Of a stretch of 64,000 bases of DNA, positions 19,179 through 32,821 are shown one piece after another. Position 1 is the stretch's first letter, and every line of letters starts with the position of its first letter. Under the pieces are notes generated by a model. It saw nothing but the letters and a program-made list of their open reading frames with translations. It was not told the origin of the DNA and searched no databases. A program made the translations under genes and the position numbers. Source of the DNA: Thermodesulfovibrionales bacterium (GTDB lineage: Bacteria; Nitrospirota; Thermodesulfovibrionia; Thermodesulfovibrionales; SM23-35); NCBI GenBank assembly GCA_963715195.1, contig CAVQRT010000003.1, forward strand, positions 96,001-160,000. The letters run 5' to 3'.

Positions 19179-22100
19179 CTATTTCTTATGAATAATAATT
19201 GAACCACCTCCGATAATCGTTGCAGGGTCATCTGTATCAGGAGCACCCATCTTATTGTCATAGACAATCTGGTCAGTATCCTTGTCCCAAATCTTGATCC
19301 TGAACTTATCGTACCGTCCGCCGCCTTTATTTGACCGTCAATCGCGGTCAGCATGAAGCCGTAGTTTCCTGTGCCGTTGATTGTTCCGGTCACCTTTGTA
19401 CTGTGCTCTCGGTCCTGCAACTACAAGCCATTCATAAGAATCTGAATGGAATTTCAGATCTGCAACTTTGAACTGGAATTGAGTTTCGCCGGTCGGAATC
19501 GTCGCACCTTTCTTGTACTTGGATACGAATCCAAAGGTTGCTTTGCCAGTGAGGTCTGTATCGGCCGCGTAGGCTCCATCAGGTGAATCAATCCATCCCC
19601 CGCCGGTCACAAAACCGCCATCCGGATCATACACAACGATATATTCAAAACGCCCCGTGTCAGTTTCATCATGATTGTCTGTAACCGTGAGTGTTACAAC
19701 ATAGACACCGGGTGTACTATATTCATGTGAACCGGTCACTGTTCCGGAACCATTTGATTCATCGACAGTCCCAACCGTTGTCGAGTCGTCGCCCCAATCC
19801 CAAACAGCAGTGTGGACATCTTCGTATTAGCGTCTGTAAACTGTGCACTCGTTGATATGGTTGTATCTACTTGAACAGGATCAATTGGTGCTGTAATCAC
19901 ATCAACAACGGGTGGTACATTAGCTGAGATAACTCCAAAGCTTGCGCCTATTGTGTGATCGGTTGTCACATTGTGGAAGGTGTAGCTCGCGACCACACCC
20001 ACTGAAGTACCGTCGACAAGAACATCTACTATGTAACAGCCCTCTGCAGGCGAAATTGTAAATTCCTGACTTTCCCCCTCAGGAACCGCTGCATACACTG
20101 TCGGACTGATACTTCCATTAACGCATTCTGTCACTGTTATCACATAGGTATCCGCTGCGATCACGGTTACCGGGCTCTCCCCTGAGTGGATCGCCCCCAC
20201 CCACAGGTCTACACACGGTTCCGGCCCGCGATGTGCACACACCTGCGCCGGACAAGGTCAGGATCCGTAATGTAGTTCGAGTAGGTCGCCTCTACCGTGT
20301 AAGCCCCTACCCCCAGCACCGACGGATCGTACATATCCCTTAGGTCGCAGCTCACCGAGAACGACGCCCCCGCTGCCAGCGTCATTACGTCGTCCGGTAT
20401 CCCGTAGGCATGCCACACCCGGTCCCGCGGCGGCAGGACATCGCCCAGGCCGTCCCTCACCGTGAAGGTCGTGTTGTAGCAGTCAGGCGTGATGATCTCT
20501 ATCGCACTGCCGCTCTGGTTCCAGAAGATGGCCTCCACCATCAACGCCTCCCCTTCCCGCGTCGGTACAGCCGGCACCTCCAGTTCCTCGGTGTTTGCGT
20601 CACACGCATCGCCCAGCCCGTCGCCGTCACTGTCTGTCTGCGATGCATTGGCCACCAGTGGACAGTTATCATCAGGTCCGGTACCCCGTCCCTGTCTGTG
20701 TCGATGAGGTCTAATCCGCACAGTCCTGGTCTATCCCGTCATTTGGTATCTCGGCGACCGGGTTCAGGAGTACAGGTATAGGTGTGTACTCCTCCCGTGC
20801 GGTCTGCACCCCGGCTGCTGCCATGCTCCCACTCCACAATGTGCATCCCCATCCCAGCTCTCTCGAGCCGTGCTCCGTTAATGCATCCGGTCATGTCTTC
20901 GTGTCGCAGACCTCCGTCGCACCCGGGTGATCGAGCTGTACCGTCGTACAGTCATCCCCGCCGTAGGCAACCGAGATATATCCGTGTCGATCCCCGTCGA
21001 GCTCGCAAAGCTCGCCTCTATCGCATGATCAGCCGTGACGTTTATAAATTCATAGGTCGTTACTGCTCCTACTGATACCCCATCAACCAAGACATCCTCC
21101 ACGTGGTAGCCCGTATCAGGGGTTATGGTAAAGGTCTGGTTATTGCCCGAGGTTACCAGCACGTACCCTGACGGATCAGTCGGCGTAATGCTCCCGTTAG
21201 CACCCGCTGTCACTGTTATCACATAGGTATCCGCTGCGATCACGGTTACCGGGCTCTCCCCTGAGTGGATCGCCCCCACCCACAGGTCTACACACGGTTC
21301 CGGCAGCGAGTGCACACACCGCCCGGACAAGGTCAGGATCCGTAATGTAGTTCGAGTAGGTCGCCTCTACCGTGTAAGCCCCTACCCCCAGCACCGACGG
21401 ATCGTACATATCCCTTAGGTCACAGCTCACCGAGAACGACGCCCCCGCTGCCAGCGTCATTACGTCGTCCGGTATCCCGTAGGCATGCCACACCCGGTCC
21501 CGCGGCGGCAGGATGCTGCCCAGTCCGTCCCTCACCGTGAAGGTCGTGTTGTAGCAGTCAGGCGTGATGATCTCTATCGCACTGCCGCTCTGGTTCCAGA
21601 AGATCGCCTCCACCATCAACGCCTCCCCTTCCCGCCTCGGCACTGCCGGCACCTCCAGTTCCTCGGTGTTTGCATCACACGCATCGCCCAGCCCGTCGCC
21701 GTCTGTATCATCCTGCGATGCATTGGCCACCAGTGGGCAGTTGTCCTCTGTGTCCGGTACCCCATCATTGTCTGTGTCGATGAGGTCTAATCCGTCACAG
21801 TCCTGGTCTATCCCGTCATTTGGTATCTCGGCTACCGGTGTGCCAGGCGTACACGTGTCATCCTGTGCTCCGGCTGTACAGGTAAGTACTCCGGCTGCTG
21901 CACATGCTCCCACACCGCATGATGTCGCATCCCCATACCAGCTCTCTCCTGAGCCGTCCTCCGTTAATGCATCACAATCATTGTCTATCGTGTCGCAGAC
22001 CTCCGTCGCACCCGGGTTGATCGAGGCATCTGTGTCATCGCAGTCTGTATCGTCCGCCACATATCCGCCAGGTACAGTACACGCCTCGGTGCTCGCTGTA

Positions 22101-25100
22101 GGATCACCATAGGTGTCTCCATCGCTGTCCAGATAGAAGGTTGTCAAAACTCCGTTATCTACAACACCGTCACAGTCGTTGTCCAATCCGTCGCAGATCT
22201 CTGCCACCGATGTGCCGGGTGCGCAGGGAGTCTCAACTCCTGCCACGCAACTGCTCGGGGTATTATTGGTCAGGCACTCGCCAACTCCGCAGGTGTCATC
22301 TACAACGTAATCCTCATCAGCTGCACCATCGCAATCATCATCCACACCGTCACACGTGGCATCGTCTGCTGCCGGTGTGCCAGGAGTACAGGTATCAACT
22401 TGTACTCCTCCCGTGCAGGTCTGCACCCCGGCTGCTGCACATGCTCCCACTCCGCATGATGTCGCATCCCCATACCAGCTCTCTCCTGAGCCGTCCTCCG
22501 TTAATGCATCACAATCATTGTCTATCGTGTCGCAGACCTCCGTCGCACCCGGGTTGATTGAGCTGTCACCGTCGTCACAGTCATCCCCGCCGTAGGCAAC
22601 CGAGATATATCCGTCTCCATCCCCATCAGAGCTTGCAAAGCTCGCCTCTATCGCATGATCAGCCGTGACGTTTATAAATTCATAGGTCGTCACTGCTCCT
22701 ACTGATACCCCATCAACCAAGACATCCTCCACGTGGTAGCCCGTATCAGGGGTTATGGTAAAGGTCTGGTTATTGCCCGAGGTTACCAGCACGTACCCTG
22801 ACGGATCAGTCGGCGTAATGCTCCCGTTAGCACCCGCTGTCACTGTTATCACATAGGTATCCGCTGCGATCACGGTTACCGGGCTCTCCCCTGAGTGGAT
22901 CGCCCCCACCCACAGGTCTACACACGGTTCCGGCAGCGATGTGCACACACCGCCCACAAGGTCAGGATCCGTAATGTAGTTCGAGTAGGTCGCCTCTACC
23001 GTGTAAGCCCCTACCCCCAGCACCGACGGATCGTACATATCCCTTAGGTCACAGCGTCACCGAGAACGACGCCCCCGCTGCCAGCGTCATTACGTCGTCC
23101 GGTATCCCGTAGGCATGCCACACCCGGTCCCGCGGCGGCAGGATGCTGCCCAGTCCGTCCCTCACCGTGAAGGTCGTGTTGTAGCAGTCAGGCGTGATGA
23201 TCTCTATCGCACTGCCGCTCTGGTTCCAGAAGATGGCCTCCACCATCAACGCCTCCCCTTCCCGCCTCGGCACTGCCGGCACCTCTAGTTCCTCGGTGTT
23301 TGCATCACACGCATCGCCCAGCCCGTCGCCGTCTGTATCATCCTGCGATGCATTGGCCACCAGTGGGCAGTTGTCCTCTGTGTCCGGTACCCCATCATTG
23401 TCTGTGTCGATGAGGTCTAATCCGTCACAGTCCTGGTCTATCCCGTCATTTGGTATCTCGGCTACTGGTGTGCCAGGTGTACACGTGTCATCCTGTGCTC
23501 CGGCTGTACAGGTAAGTACTCCGGCTGCTGCACATGCCCCCACTCCGCATGATGTCGCATCCCCATACCAGCTCTCTCCTGAGCCGTCCTCCGTTAATGC
23601 ATCACAATCATTGTCTATCGTGTCGCAGACCTCCGTCGCACCCGGGTTGATCGAGGCATCTGTGTCATCGCAGTCTGTATCGTCCGCCACATATCCGCCA
23701 GGTACAGTACACGCCTCGGTGCTCGCTGTAGGATCACCATAGGTGTCTCCATCGCTGTCCAGATAGAAGGTTGTCAAAACTCCGTTATCTACAACACCGT
23801 CACAGTCGTTGTCCAATCCGTCGCAAATCTCTGCCACCGATGTGCCGGGTGCGCAGGGAGTCTCAACTCCTGCCACGCAACTGCTCGGGGTATTATTGGT
23901 CAGGCACTCGCCAACTCCGCAGGTGTCATCTACAACGTAATCCTCATCAGCTGCACCATCGCAATCATCATCCACACCGTCACACGTGGCATCATCTGCC
24001 GCCGGTGTGCCAGGAGTACAGGTGTCATCACCCCATACTCCAGCCGTACAAGTCTCTTCCCCAGTAGAAGCACAGGCGCCTATTCCACAAGTTGATGGAC
24101 GAGTAAGTTCTTCATCAGTACTTCCATCGCAGTCGTTATCTATGTTGTCGCAGCCCTCTGCAGTAGCACCTGCCAATGGATCACACGTGTCATCGCCCCA
24201 TACTCCAGCCGTACAAGTCTCGATTCCCGTGTTGCCTGCGCACTGGCCGACACCACAGGAAGTAATTTGGGTGATCCCGTCTATCGTTCCATCACAATCA
24301 TTATCTATGTTGTCACATACCTCGGTTGCACCCGGGTTGATTGATGAATCGCCATCATTGCAATCTTCTTCTGTAGCAGAGCCTGTACATCCAATTATTA
24401 CGCCTACTCCATAGGTGTCACCATCTACATCCAGACATGTATCCACAGGATCGCATATGCCATCTCCATCATCGTCAGGGCCCTGAGATGCATCTCCATA
24501 AACATTAGGAACATGACTAACAGGATCAAAATCAGAAATGCAGTTATCTGCAAGATAGAGGGTTTGTAAATTTATTAGACTACTTAGTGCTGCTATGTCA
24601 GATATTTGATTGCTGGATAGAACCAGAACAGTCAGACTGCTCAGATTTGACAATGCAGAGATGTCAGATATCTGATTGCTGCCAAGATTTAGATCAGTCA
24701 GACTGGTCACATTTGATAATGCTGCTATAGCAGCTATCTGATTACTGGATAGAACCAGCTCAGTCAAACTGGTCAAATTTGACAATAAAGAGATGTCAGA
24801 TATCAGATTGTTGTTCAGATAAAGATGAGTCAGACCGGTCACATTTGTTAATGCTGCTATATCAGCTATCTGATTGCTGGATAGAACCAGAACAGTCAGA
24901 CTGCTCAGATTTGACAATGCAGAGATATCAGATATCTGATTGCTGCCAAGATTTAGATGAGTTAGACTGGTCAGATTTGATAATAAGGAGATGTCAGATA
25001 TCAGATTAGCGGTTAGAACCAGAGTAGTCAGACTGCTCAGGTTTGACAATGGAGTGATGTCAGATATCTGATTGCTGTCTAGATAGAGAGTAGTCAGACT

Positions 25101-28100
25101 GCTCAGATTTGATAATGAAGAGATATCGGATATCTGATTGCGTGATAGAAGCAGAACAGTCAGACTGCTCAGATTTGATAATGAAGAGATATCAGATATC
25201 TGATTGGTGTCCAGATAGAGCTCAGTCAGACTGGTCACATTTGATAATGCTGATAAACCAGATATCTGATTGTTGTTCAGATTTAGATAAACCAGACTGC
25301 TCAGATTTGATAATGAAGAGATATCGGATATCTGATTGCTACTCAGATTCAGATGGGTCAGATTAATGGCATATTCGAGGCCTGTAAGATCAACGACTCC
25401 TTTATTAGTGGCACCAAGGGTAATTAAATTAAGCATGTCAGCAACAGTCGGATCAGAAACACCCAGTTCCGTCTCTATCGCTGCCTTGAGGTTTGCATCG
25501 GGGATATTAACCGGACAGGGATTATCAATAATGTCGTCGCAGTCATTATCCAACCCGTCGCACGTTGTCTCGGTAGCTTCGTAAGTTGCGATACCGCTGT
25601 AGTCATTAACCCAGCCGCCTGCCCCGCTACAGGTCTTAGTTGAGCCTGAGCAGACGCCGTCCTGCAGGTCATTGAGCGGAGCAGTAAGGCCGTTGTCAGT
25701 AGTTCCATCACAGTCATTGTCTAATCCATCACATATTTCAGCTCCAGGTGTTCCAGGTGTACACGAATCTTGTACAACTCCTGCAACGCAACTCGTTACG
25801 CCTGTTGATGCACAAGCACCTACTCCGCAGCTGGTGGCCGTCGATACATAGTCTTCATCAGCTACACCATCGCAATCATCGTCTGTACCGTCACACGTGG
25901 CATCATCTGCTGCCGGTGTGCCTTCAGTACAGGTATCAACTTGTACTCCTCCCGAACACGTAAGTTGACCAGCTGCTGCACATGCCCCCACTCCGCATGA
26001 TGTCGGATCTCCGTACCAGCTCTCATCAGAGCCATCAAGAGTACCTGCATCACAATCATTGTCTATCGTGTCGCATACCTCCGTTGCGCCCGGGTTGATT
26101 GAGGAATCGGTATCATCGCAGTCATCCCCCATAGGCCCTCATACCCATCACCGTCTGCATCGATATCACAGGCATCGCCTATACCATCCGTATCTGAATC
26201 TTCCTGGCCTGGATTGCTATCATCAGGACAGTTGTCACAGACATCGCCTATGCCATCACCATCCGTATCGCCCTGAGCAGGATTAATATCATCAGGGCAA
26301 TTGTCGCACAGATCGCCTATGCCATCAGTATCTGAGTCTGCCTGATCGGGGTTATAATCATCTGGACAGTTGTCAGAAGTATCACCAACGCCATCGCCCT
26401 GATATCGATAGATGTCCCAGGAACTGCCATTATATTTCTGCCAAACAATTCTATTTGAAAAGACAGTCGGGTAATAGTTAGCCGAGGAATCCGTTGTTAC
26501 TCGGTGAGGTGGTATTGCAGGCGTAGATAAATCATATTCGTAGATATCATAGTTACCGTGAGTGGAATCCTGCCAAACAATAATGTTCCCAGAGATAGAA
26601 GGTGCTTTTTGATCATAAATACTGTCGGTAATCTGGGTTTCAATCCCCGTCGAAATCTCATACATATAAATGTCCCATCGGCCATCCCTAAAATCTTGCC
26701 AGACGATTCGGTTTCCTGAGATTGTCGGTGCTTCTTGATTTCCTGGCTCATCGGTTATCCGGGTTTCAACCCCTGTCGAAATGTCATACAAAAAAATGTC
26801 ATAATTGCCATATCTGTCGTCCTGCCAGACGATTTGGTCTCCTGAGATAGCCGGTTGTGATGAAGTCGAAATGTCGGTAGTAGTATTGACCTTGGTCTCT
26901 ATCCCAGTAGATATATCATACAGGAACACGTCCCATCTGCTCGCGCCGTTATCATAATTGTAGACAATGCGATTTCCTGATATCCGCGGATAAGATTGTG
27001 TTTGTGCATCGGAAGTTATCCGAGTTTCAGCTCCGTCGAACATGTAAATGTCCGTATTGCCATGCCTGTTATCGTGCCAGACGATACGGTCACCTGAAAT
27101 AGATGGTCTCTCCTGACTTCCCGGGTCACTGGTTATCCGGCTTTCAGACCCGTCATATGAATAAATTTCAAAGTCGCCAACTCTGTAATCTTGCCAGACA
27201 ACCCTATCCCCCCAAATTGAACTTAAGACGAAAAAGCCGGTGTTGGTATCAGCAACATCTTCCCTAATCCGGGTCTCACTTCTGTCAGAGTCTCGGCTCT
27301 CATTGTCATCCAAAGGAAATGCATCATTGAGGTCATCTACTCCATCACCGTCTGAGTCTGAATTCAATGAGTTAGTCCCGAAGACTGATTCTTCATAATC
27401 CGTGAGTCCATCGCCATCATCATCTGCGTCTAAGCAATCATCTATCCCATCAGAATCAGTATCACCCTCGTCAACTTCACTATCACAGTCGTTGTCTATT
27501 CCATCGCATATCTCCGTAGCATCCGGATTTATGGATGAATCACCGTCATTGCAATCCCCCTCACATATCCTAAAGCCATCGGTGTCAGCATCCGCTTCAT
27601 CAATAGGCACTTCCGTGTCACAATCATTGTCTATCCCATCACAGAGCTCTGTTGCACCCGGATATGTATTGCCGTCATTGTCATCACAGTCAGTTTCAAG
27701 ACCGGTTAGCTCTGTTGAAACTTTATAACCCGCTGGTCTTTCACATGACGTGTTATCAACGGTTTGATCCGAGTATCCATCATCATCCGCATCTTTCCAC
27801 CAAGTCTGCCCAGGATGCTCGTTCGGATCAGCGTCATCACAATCAGTATTGTCAGCAACATATCCTCCTGGTGCAGAACATGCCTGAGTAGTTACCGAAG
27901 GATTGCCATAGGTGTCGCCATCGCTGTCCTGATAGAAAGTCATCAGAACTCCATTATCAACACTGCCGTCACAGTCATTGTCCAACCCATCACACGTTGT
28001 CTCGGTAACTTCATAAGTTGCAATACCGCTGTAATCATTAACCCAGCCGCCTGCGCCACTACAGGTCTTAGTTGAGCCCGAGCAGACGCCAGCCTGTAGG

Positions 28101-31100
28101 TCATTGAGCGGTGCTGTAAGGTCGTTATCAATAACACCGTCACAGTCGTTGTCTAATCCATCACAGACTTCTGAAGATGATTCTTCTGGTACGCAGGTGT
28201 CAGCTTGTGCTCCACCAGAACAAATAAACATACCGTTTGATGCACATTCTCCGACTCCGCAGTTGGTCGTTTGTTCATACCACGTTTCCCCGGAACCATC
28301 AGCAGTGCCTCCATTACAATCATTGTCTTTCGTGTCGCAGATCTCCGTTGCACCTGGATTAATTGAGGAATCGGTATCATCGCAGTCATAATTAGTAGTT
28401 GAACCCGCACATTCACTTATATCCAATCCGCTTCTTCCGTAATTATCACCATCAGCATCTGTGCACGTATCACATGCATCACCTATACCATCGGTATCTG
28501 AATCTTCCTGGCCAGAATTCCATACGGTAGGACAGTTATCTGTGACATCAGGCACTCCATCCCCATCTGTGTCAGTTACGGTGTCTGTTGTGAAACTCCA
28601 ATGTAATCTGACGCCATGTTGTTGCCTGCGCTATCTTTCACTCTGTAGTAATAGTTGCAGTGTATGTCGTGTTACTATTAAGGTTCGCATCTGGATTGAA
28701 CGTCGCGGTTCTGGTGCCGGGATCGTATGACACGGCTCCCGTTACCCCGCCATTTAAATAAAATGTCGTCTCGTTAATGGTTGTTTCATCCATGTTTTCG
28801 CTGAATGTTGCGGTGATATTGCTATCAACCGATACATCAGTTGCAGCATCGAGCGGATAAGTGCTGGTTACTGCCGGGGCTGATGTGTCGACATATCTGG
28901 AATAGAGATAGTATTCCACTGAACCCCTCTCACCGTGACTGAGCGTAGGGTTATAAATGATGAGCTCGGAAATATCTCCATTAAAATATTTGTCATCACT
29001 CGCATCTCTTCCGATCTCATTCGCATATCCAGTCCCCGCCGATAAATGTGGTAGCGATAAGGGCCTTTTCATCGTCGTCTTTAACGAATGTAAAATGTGC
29101 AGGCTGATCTTTATCCAACCCGTTATGCTGCAAGGTAACAATTGATATTGGTACAAAGTCTGAAGAGTAATTAGACGGCGAGGTCGTAATCCCATCAAAT
29201 CCCCTGTATCCGAAGTACGGTGAGTCTCCAATAAAGCCCAGATTTCCGGGTGCCCCAAAACCAAAGAGCACTTCCTCATCAGTGGTTGTTGTTCTCACCC
29301 TGAGCGGAACCACAGAGTCCTTTGAGTCATCTGTCAATCTCAATGCAGCAAAGATGGAGAATCCATTCCCAATGAGGTTGCTTTAACCGTAATCCAGGTA
29401 ATCGTTCAAACCGTCAAAACGCAGGGTCGGCAACCCGCCCGGTCCATATTCGATCCATAGCGGTCGCCTGGACAGGTCTGCTTGTGTGGCATCGTTCAAA
29501 AAGCCGCTTTGGTCTGCCCATGCGCTTACATAATCTGTCACATCTTTCGTAATTCCAGCATCTGCCTTCAGCCAGAGCTGCATGCCAAGTGGCAGATAAA
29601 AGGACGAAATATAGGCAGAAGCGTCAACATAATCGCTCACCATGTTTGTCCCGGATAATGGCGGCCCCGATGCGCTTCCCCAGTAGTTAAACTGGGCATT
29701 GACTGTTATGGCACTACTCGTGTTCTGTACCGAGTACGTTGTGTTGTCAGCAATGTTGTTGCTGGCGACTTCCGATCCTCCGATCACCGGATCGGCATTA
29801 GACATACAATAGATACCGATGTCGTTTGAATGAATGGTGTTGTTGTAGATATCCGCATTGGCAGTCGTCAGATAGATGCCTTCGTTTGTATTGGAAGATA
29901 TGGAGTTCCACTGTATTGTTGGATTAGAGCTAAGGACGTAAATCCCCTGGTCATTGTTCTTGATGATATTTCCATCTATCATTATGGTGCTGCCTGTGTT
30001 ATTCGCGAGATTTATGCCTCTTCCAACGTTATCCCTGATGATATTATTGCCGATAAAGTGGTTCCCCGATGAGCTGGTTATAACGACTCCGTGAAGGTGC
30101 GTGTTTCTGATTACGGAGTTGGTCAGTGTGAGATTTCCAGTCCCGCTTTTGTACACTGCGCAGTTACCCGAAGTATAGCCAGCGTAACTGATTTCGCAAT
30201 AATCCAATGTTGCAGAACTGTTGGTGTCTATCCAAATTGGTCCCCACCAGTTTGGTGCCGGAGTAGTAGCGCGCCCGTCACCATTGCTATCACCGCCAAC
30301 GGTATCATCACTGTCAGCGGTGAAGTAAATCTTGTTTGCCGGATCTCCCACTGCATTGAGTGTCCCATTATTGATACTCAGATATTTGGACTGCGCAAAC
30401 TTGATGATTCTTCCCGGTGCTATCGTAAGGGTAATGCCGCTGTTGACCGTCACATTATCATTTATATAATAGACTCGTGTGCTCGACCAGGTGGTATTGC
30501 TGCTGATATAGCCGGTTTCAACATATACGGGGTCTGTGATCACTGAGTCATAGTTAGAGGCAACACCGGAAGCACTTGCAGAAAACCCCATGGCGCCAAG
30601 GGTGTTGAAGGTAGATGGAGGGCCTGCATCACCAAAATTATTACCGCTGATAGTTGGTACCGATGTGCCGTCAAGATATATCCCGTATCCCCCATTGTCC
30701 TCTATGTAACAGTTACTTATATCAGGACTGCTGTTCCACAGGCTTATTCCATGGTCGGCGTTGTTTCTGATTGTGCTGTTGTTTATCGAAATTACGCCGC
30801 TCGCACCGTAAAGGTCTATTCCGCTATAAGTGCTATCCTCTATGGTGCTTCCGCTGATGGTTACATTCGCTGATCCAATGTTTACCTGGACGCCATAGCC
30901 TTTTGTATGGGTTACTTTTGAATTGATTAACGGAGAGGCTTCCTGCTCCTGACTTATAAATTGCATAATTAGTGTCGCCCGCATACCTGACTTCACAGTG
31001 AGTCAGCGTCGCATGGGCGTTGTTCACTATATAGATTAATCTCCAGTGGCCTGCTGTACCCGTGCTAACACCGTCACCATTCGTATCCCCTCCAACGTAT

Positions 31101-32278
31101 CATCACTGTCAGCGGTAAAGTAAATAGTGTTTCCTTCACCCGAGTGTCCCGTTTGCATTCAGTGTCCCACTGATATAAAAACGCACCTTGGATGCAAACT
31201 TGATGACGACACCTGGATCTATCGTAAGGGTAACACCGCTGTTGACCGCAACTTCGCCTTTCAGATAGTAAACCCTGCTGCTCTGCCACGCGGCGTTGGA
31301 GTAAACAGTTCCAGCCACTACATATACCGGCTCTGTCGGGAGGATACCGTCATAGATTTGAGCTGCATTTGCACCGTCCGGAGAAAACCCCATGGACCCT
31401 GAGGTATTGCCGCTTGCGTTAGCAGCAGTAAAGCTATCTATAGTCGGGGCAGATGTGCCATCAACATAAATACCAAAGCCTCCGTTATCCTGAATGGTGC
31501 AATTCTGCAAGGTTGGATTGCTGTTCAAAAGGGTTATCCCGTTTGCGTTGATGAAGTTGCTTATGGTGACGTCTGACAATGCAACTCCGCTACCTGCATC
31601 TATGAGATATATTCCACTGTAATAGTCTAGTGCCACTGACATTAGTCGTTATAGTTGTGCCACTGACAGTATGAGTACCTGCTGAGCTATATATCTCGAC
31701 TCCATATCCAGTTGTGTCGGTTGACTGTAGAGTTGGTATGGTGAGGCTACCTGCACCCACTTTAAAATTGCTCTCTTATAACTCGCTCCACCGGTATACC
31801 TCACTTCAGTGTAATTCAGTGTCGCCGATCCGTTCCGTATACACAGAGATACCTGCCCACCAGCCTGCTACTCCGGAGCTCGGAACCATCACCATTAGAT
31901 GTCTCCAGTGGCCAAGGCAGTGTATCATCACGGTAGTCGGTGAAGTAGATCTTGTTTCCGAGGGTCCCGTTTGCGTTCAGCGTTCCATATACTCGCAAGG
32001 TATTTGTTTTGCGCGAACTTGACAACAACACCCGCTTCTATATCGAGGGAAACACCCGCTGTTGACAGTAACATTGTCGACGACATAGTAAGGACTGTTT
32101 GCGAGTGTCCACGTTGTATTCGTGGATATAGATCCGGAGACAGTTGTGGTTGCATTCAGAACAGAAGGCACTATGATTCCCGAGACAAGAAAGGCGAAAA
32201 TAAAAACGATAAAGCTTCTGCATATTACGTTTCTATTTCTTATCGATGCCTTTCAAAGAGTTCCTTGCCCTTTTTCAT
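19179..32278 (-). CDS. Giant mosaic surface/adhesin protein (~13.1 kb, many frameshifts): beta-helix, LamG-like, SbsA-type Ig, TSP3/MopE Ca-binding repeats, beta-propeller, internalin-like LRR, InlB B-repeat-like, repeated unknown domain, PKD and C-terminal domain
   Basis: Contiguous same-strand ORF fragments from 31977 down to 19175 with no intergenic gaps; signal-like RSFIVFIFAFLVSGIIVPSVLNA; C-terminus GGGSIIIHKK* at 19179. That this is a single gene is an inference. Confidence 0.7.
20130..24023. repeat. Long near-identical intragenic tandem duplication (period 1630 bp, plus a partial third copy at ~1080 bp offset)
   Basis: Antisense ORFs 21564..22112 and 23194..23742 are nearly identical; 21001 matches 22631; 20161 matches 21240. 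Confidence 0.9.
24540..25430 (-). repeat. About 13-14 internalin-type 22-aa leucine-rich repeats (66-bp units)
   Basis: Repeated LTxLxLxxNQISDISxLSNLSS, preceded by the cap VNIPDANLKAAI. Confidence 0.9.
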
Positions 32279-32400
32279 TTTCTTGCCCCCCTGTAAATGA
32301 AAGCCTTCTGTTCTGTGTATATGCTTTTAATCCCCATAATTACCCGCAACGTATTTCTTCCAGCTGAATGCCTCGTTCTTTTCATTCCTTAACTACCCAT

Positions 32401-32444
32401 AAAAAAACAAAAGGCTGGCACCAACACACACGCCAGCCTCTTTT
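32401..32444 (-). terminator. Intrinsic terminator in the leader of the giant gene
   Basis: Minus strand aggctggcgtgtgtgttggtgccagcct followed by tttgttttttt. Confidence 0.7.
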
Positions 32445-32658
32445 GTATGAAAATTTGTATTACAAAAAGAATTTACTGAATCAGCATTCTCACGACGTAT
32501 TTGAAACAAACTTCATGACCATCCTGGCAGCCTCCCCCAAAGATTTTCTCGTATGAAGAGATTTCCCTTGGTGATTCCCTTCATACTGTGCCCGGAGATT
32601 CAGTCCCCCACTTTCCACTGAAAAAAATTGCCTCGTTATCTCCCCTTCTTTACAAAAC

Positions 32659-32693
32659 ATTAAACCCCATGAGAGGTTACAGATAGGTTACAG
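32659..32693 (-). promoter_or_regulatory. Direct-repeat operator/promoter box, copy 1 (GGTTACAG-ata-GGTTACAG)
   Basis: 33 of 35 nt identical to 34711-34745; internal 8-bp direct repeat with an 11-nt period. Confidence 0.6.
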
Positions 32694-32821
32694 AAAAAGC
32701 GCTAAAGGCCGAAGTGCTGAAGCTCTGAAAGCTTTTTTCATATATTTATCAAGGTAATAGCACTTTTTATAAAAGTAATTTGCTATCATATGTGTTTTCA
32801 GGAAAATGTATAGATATTCAA

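Noticed and set aside
21485..24414. Plus-strand Ser/Pro-rich ORFs (e.g. 21564..22112, 23194..23742)
   Set aside because: Antisense shadows of the Asp/Gly/Cys-rich minus-strand adhesin gene.
24540..25430. CRISPR-like periodic repeats
   Set aside because: The 66-bp period is in-frame LRR coding sequence with no unique spacers and no cas genes.
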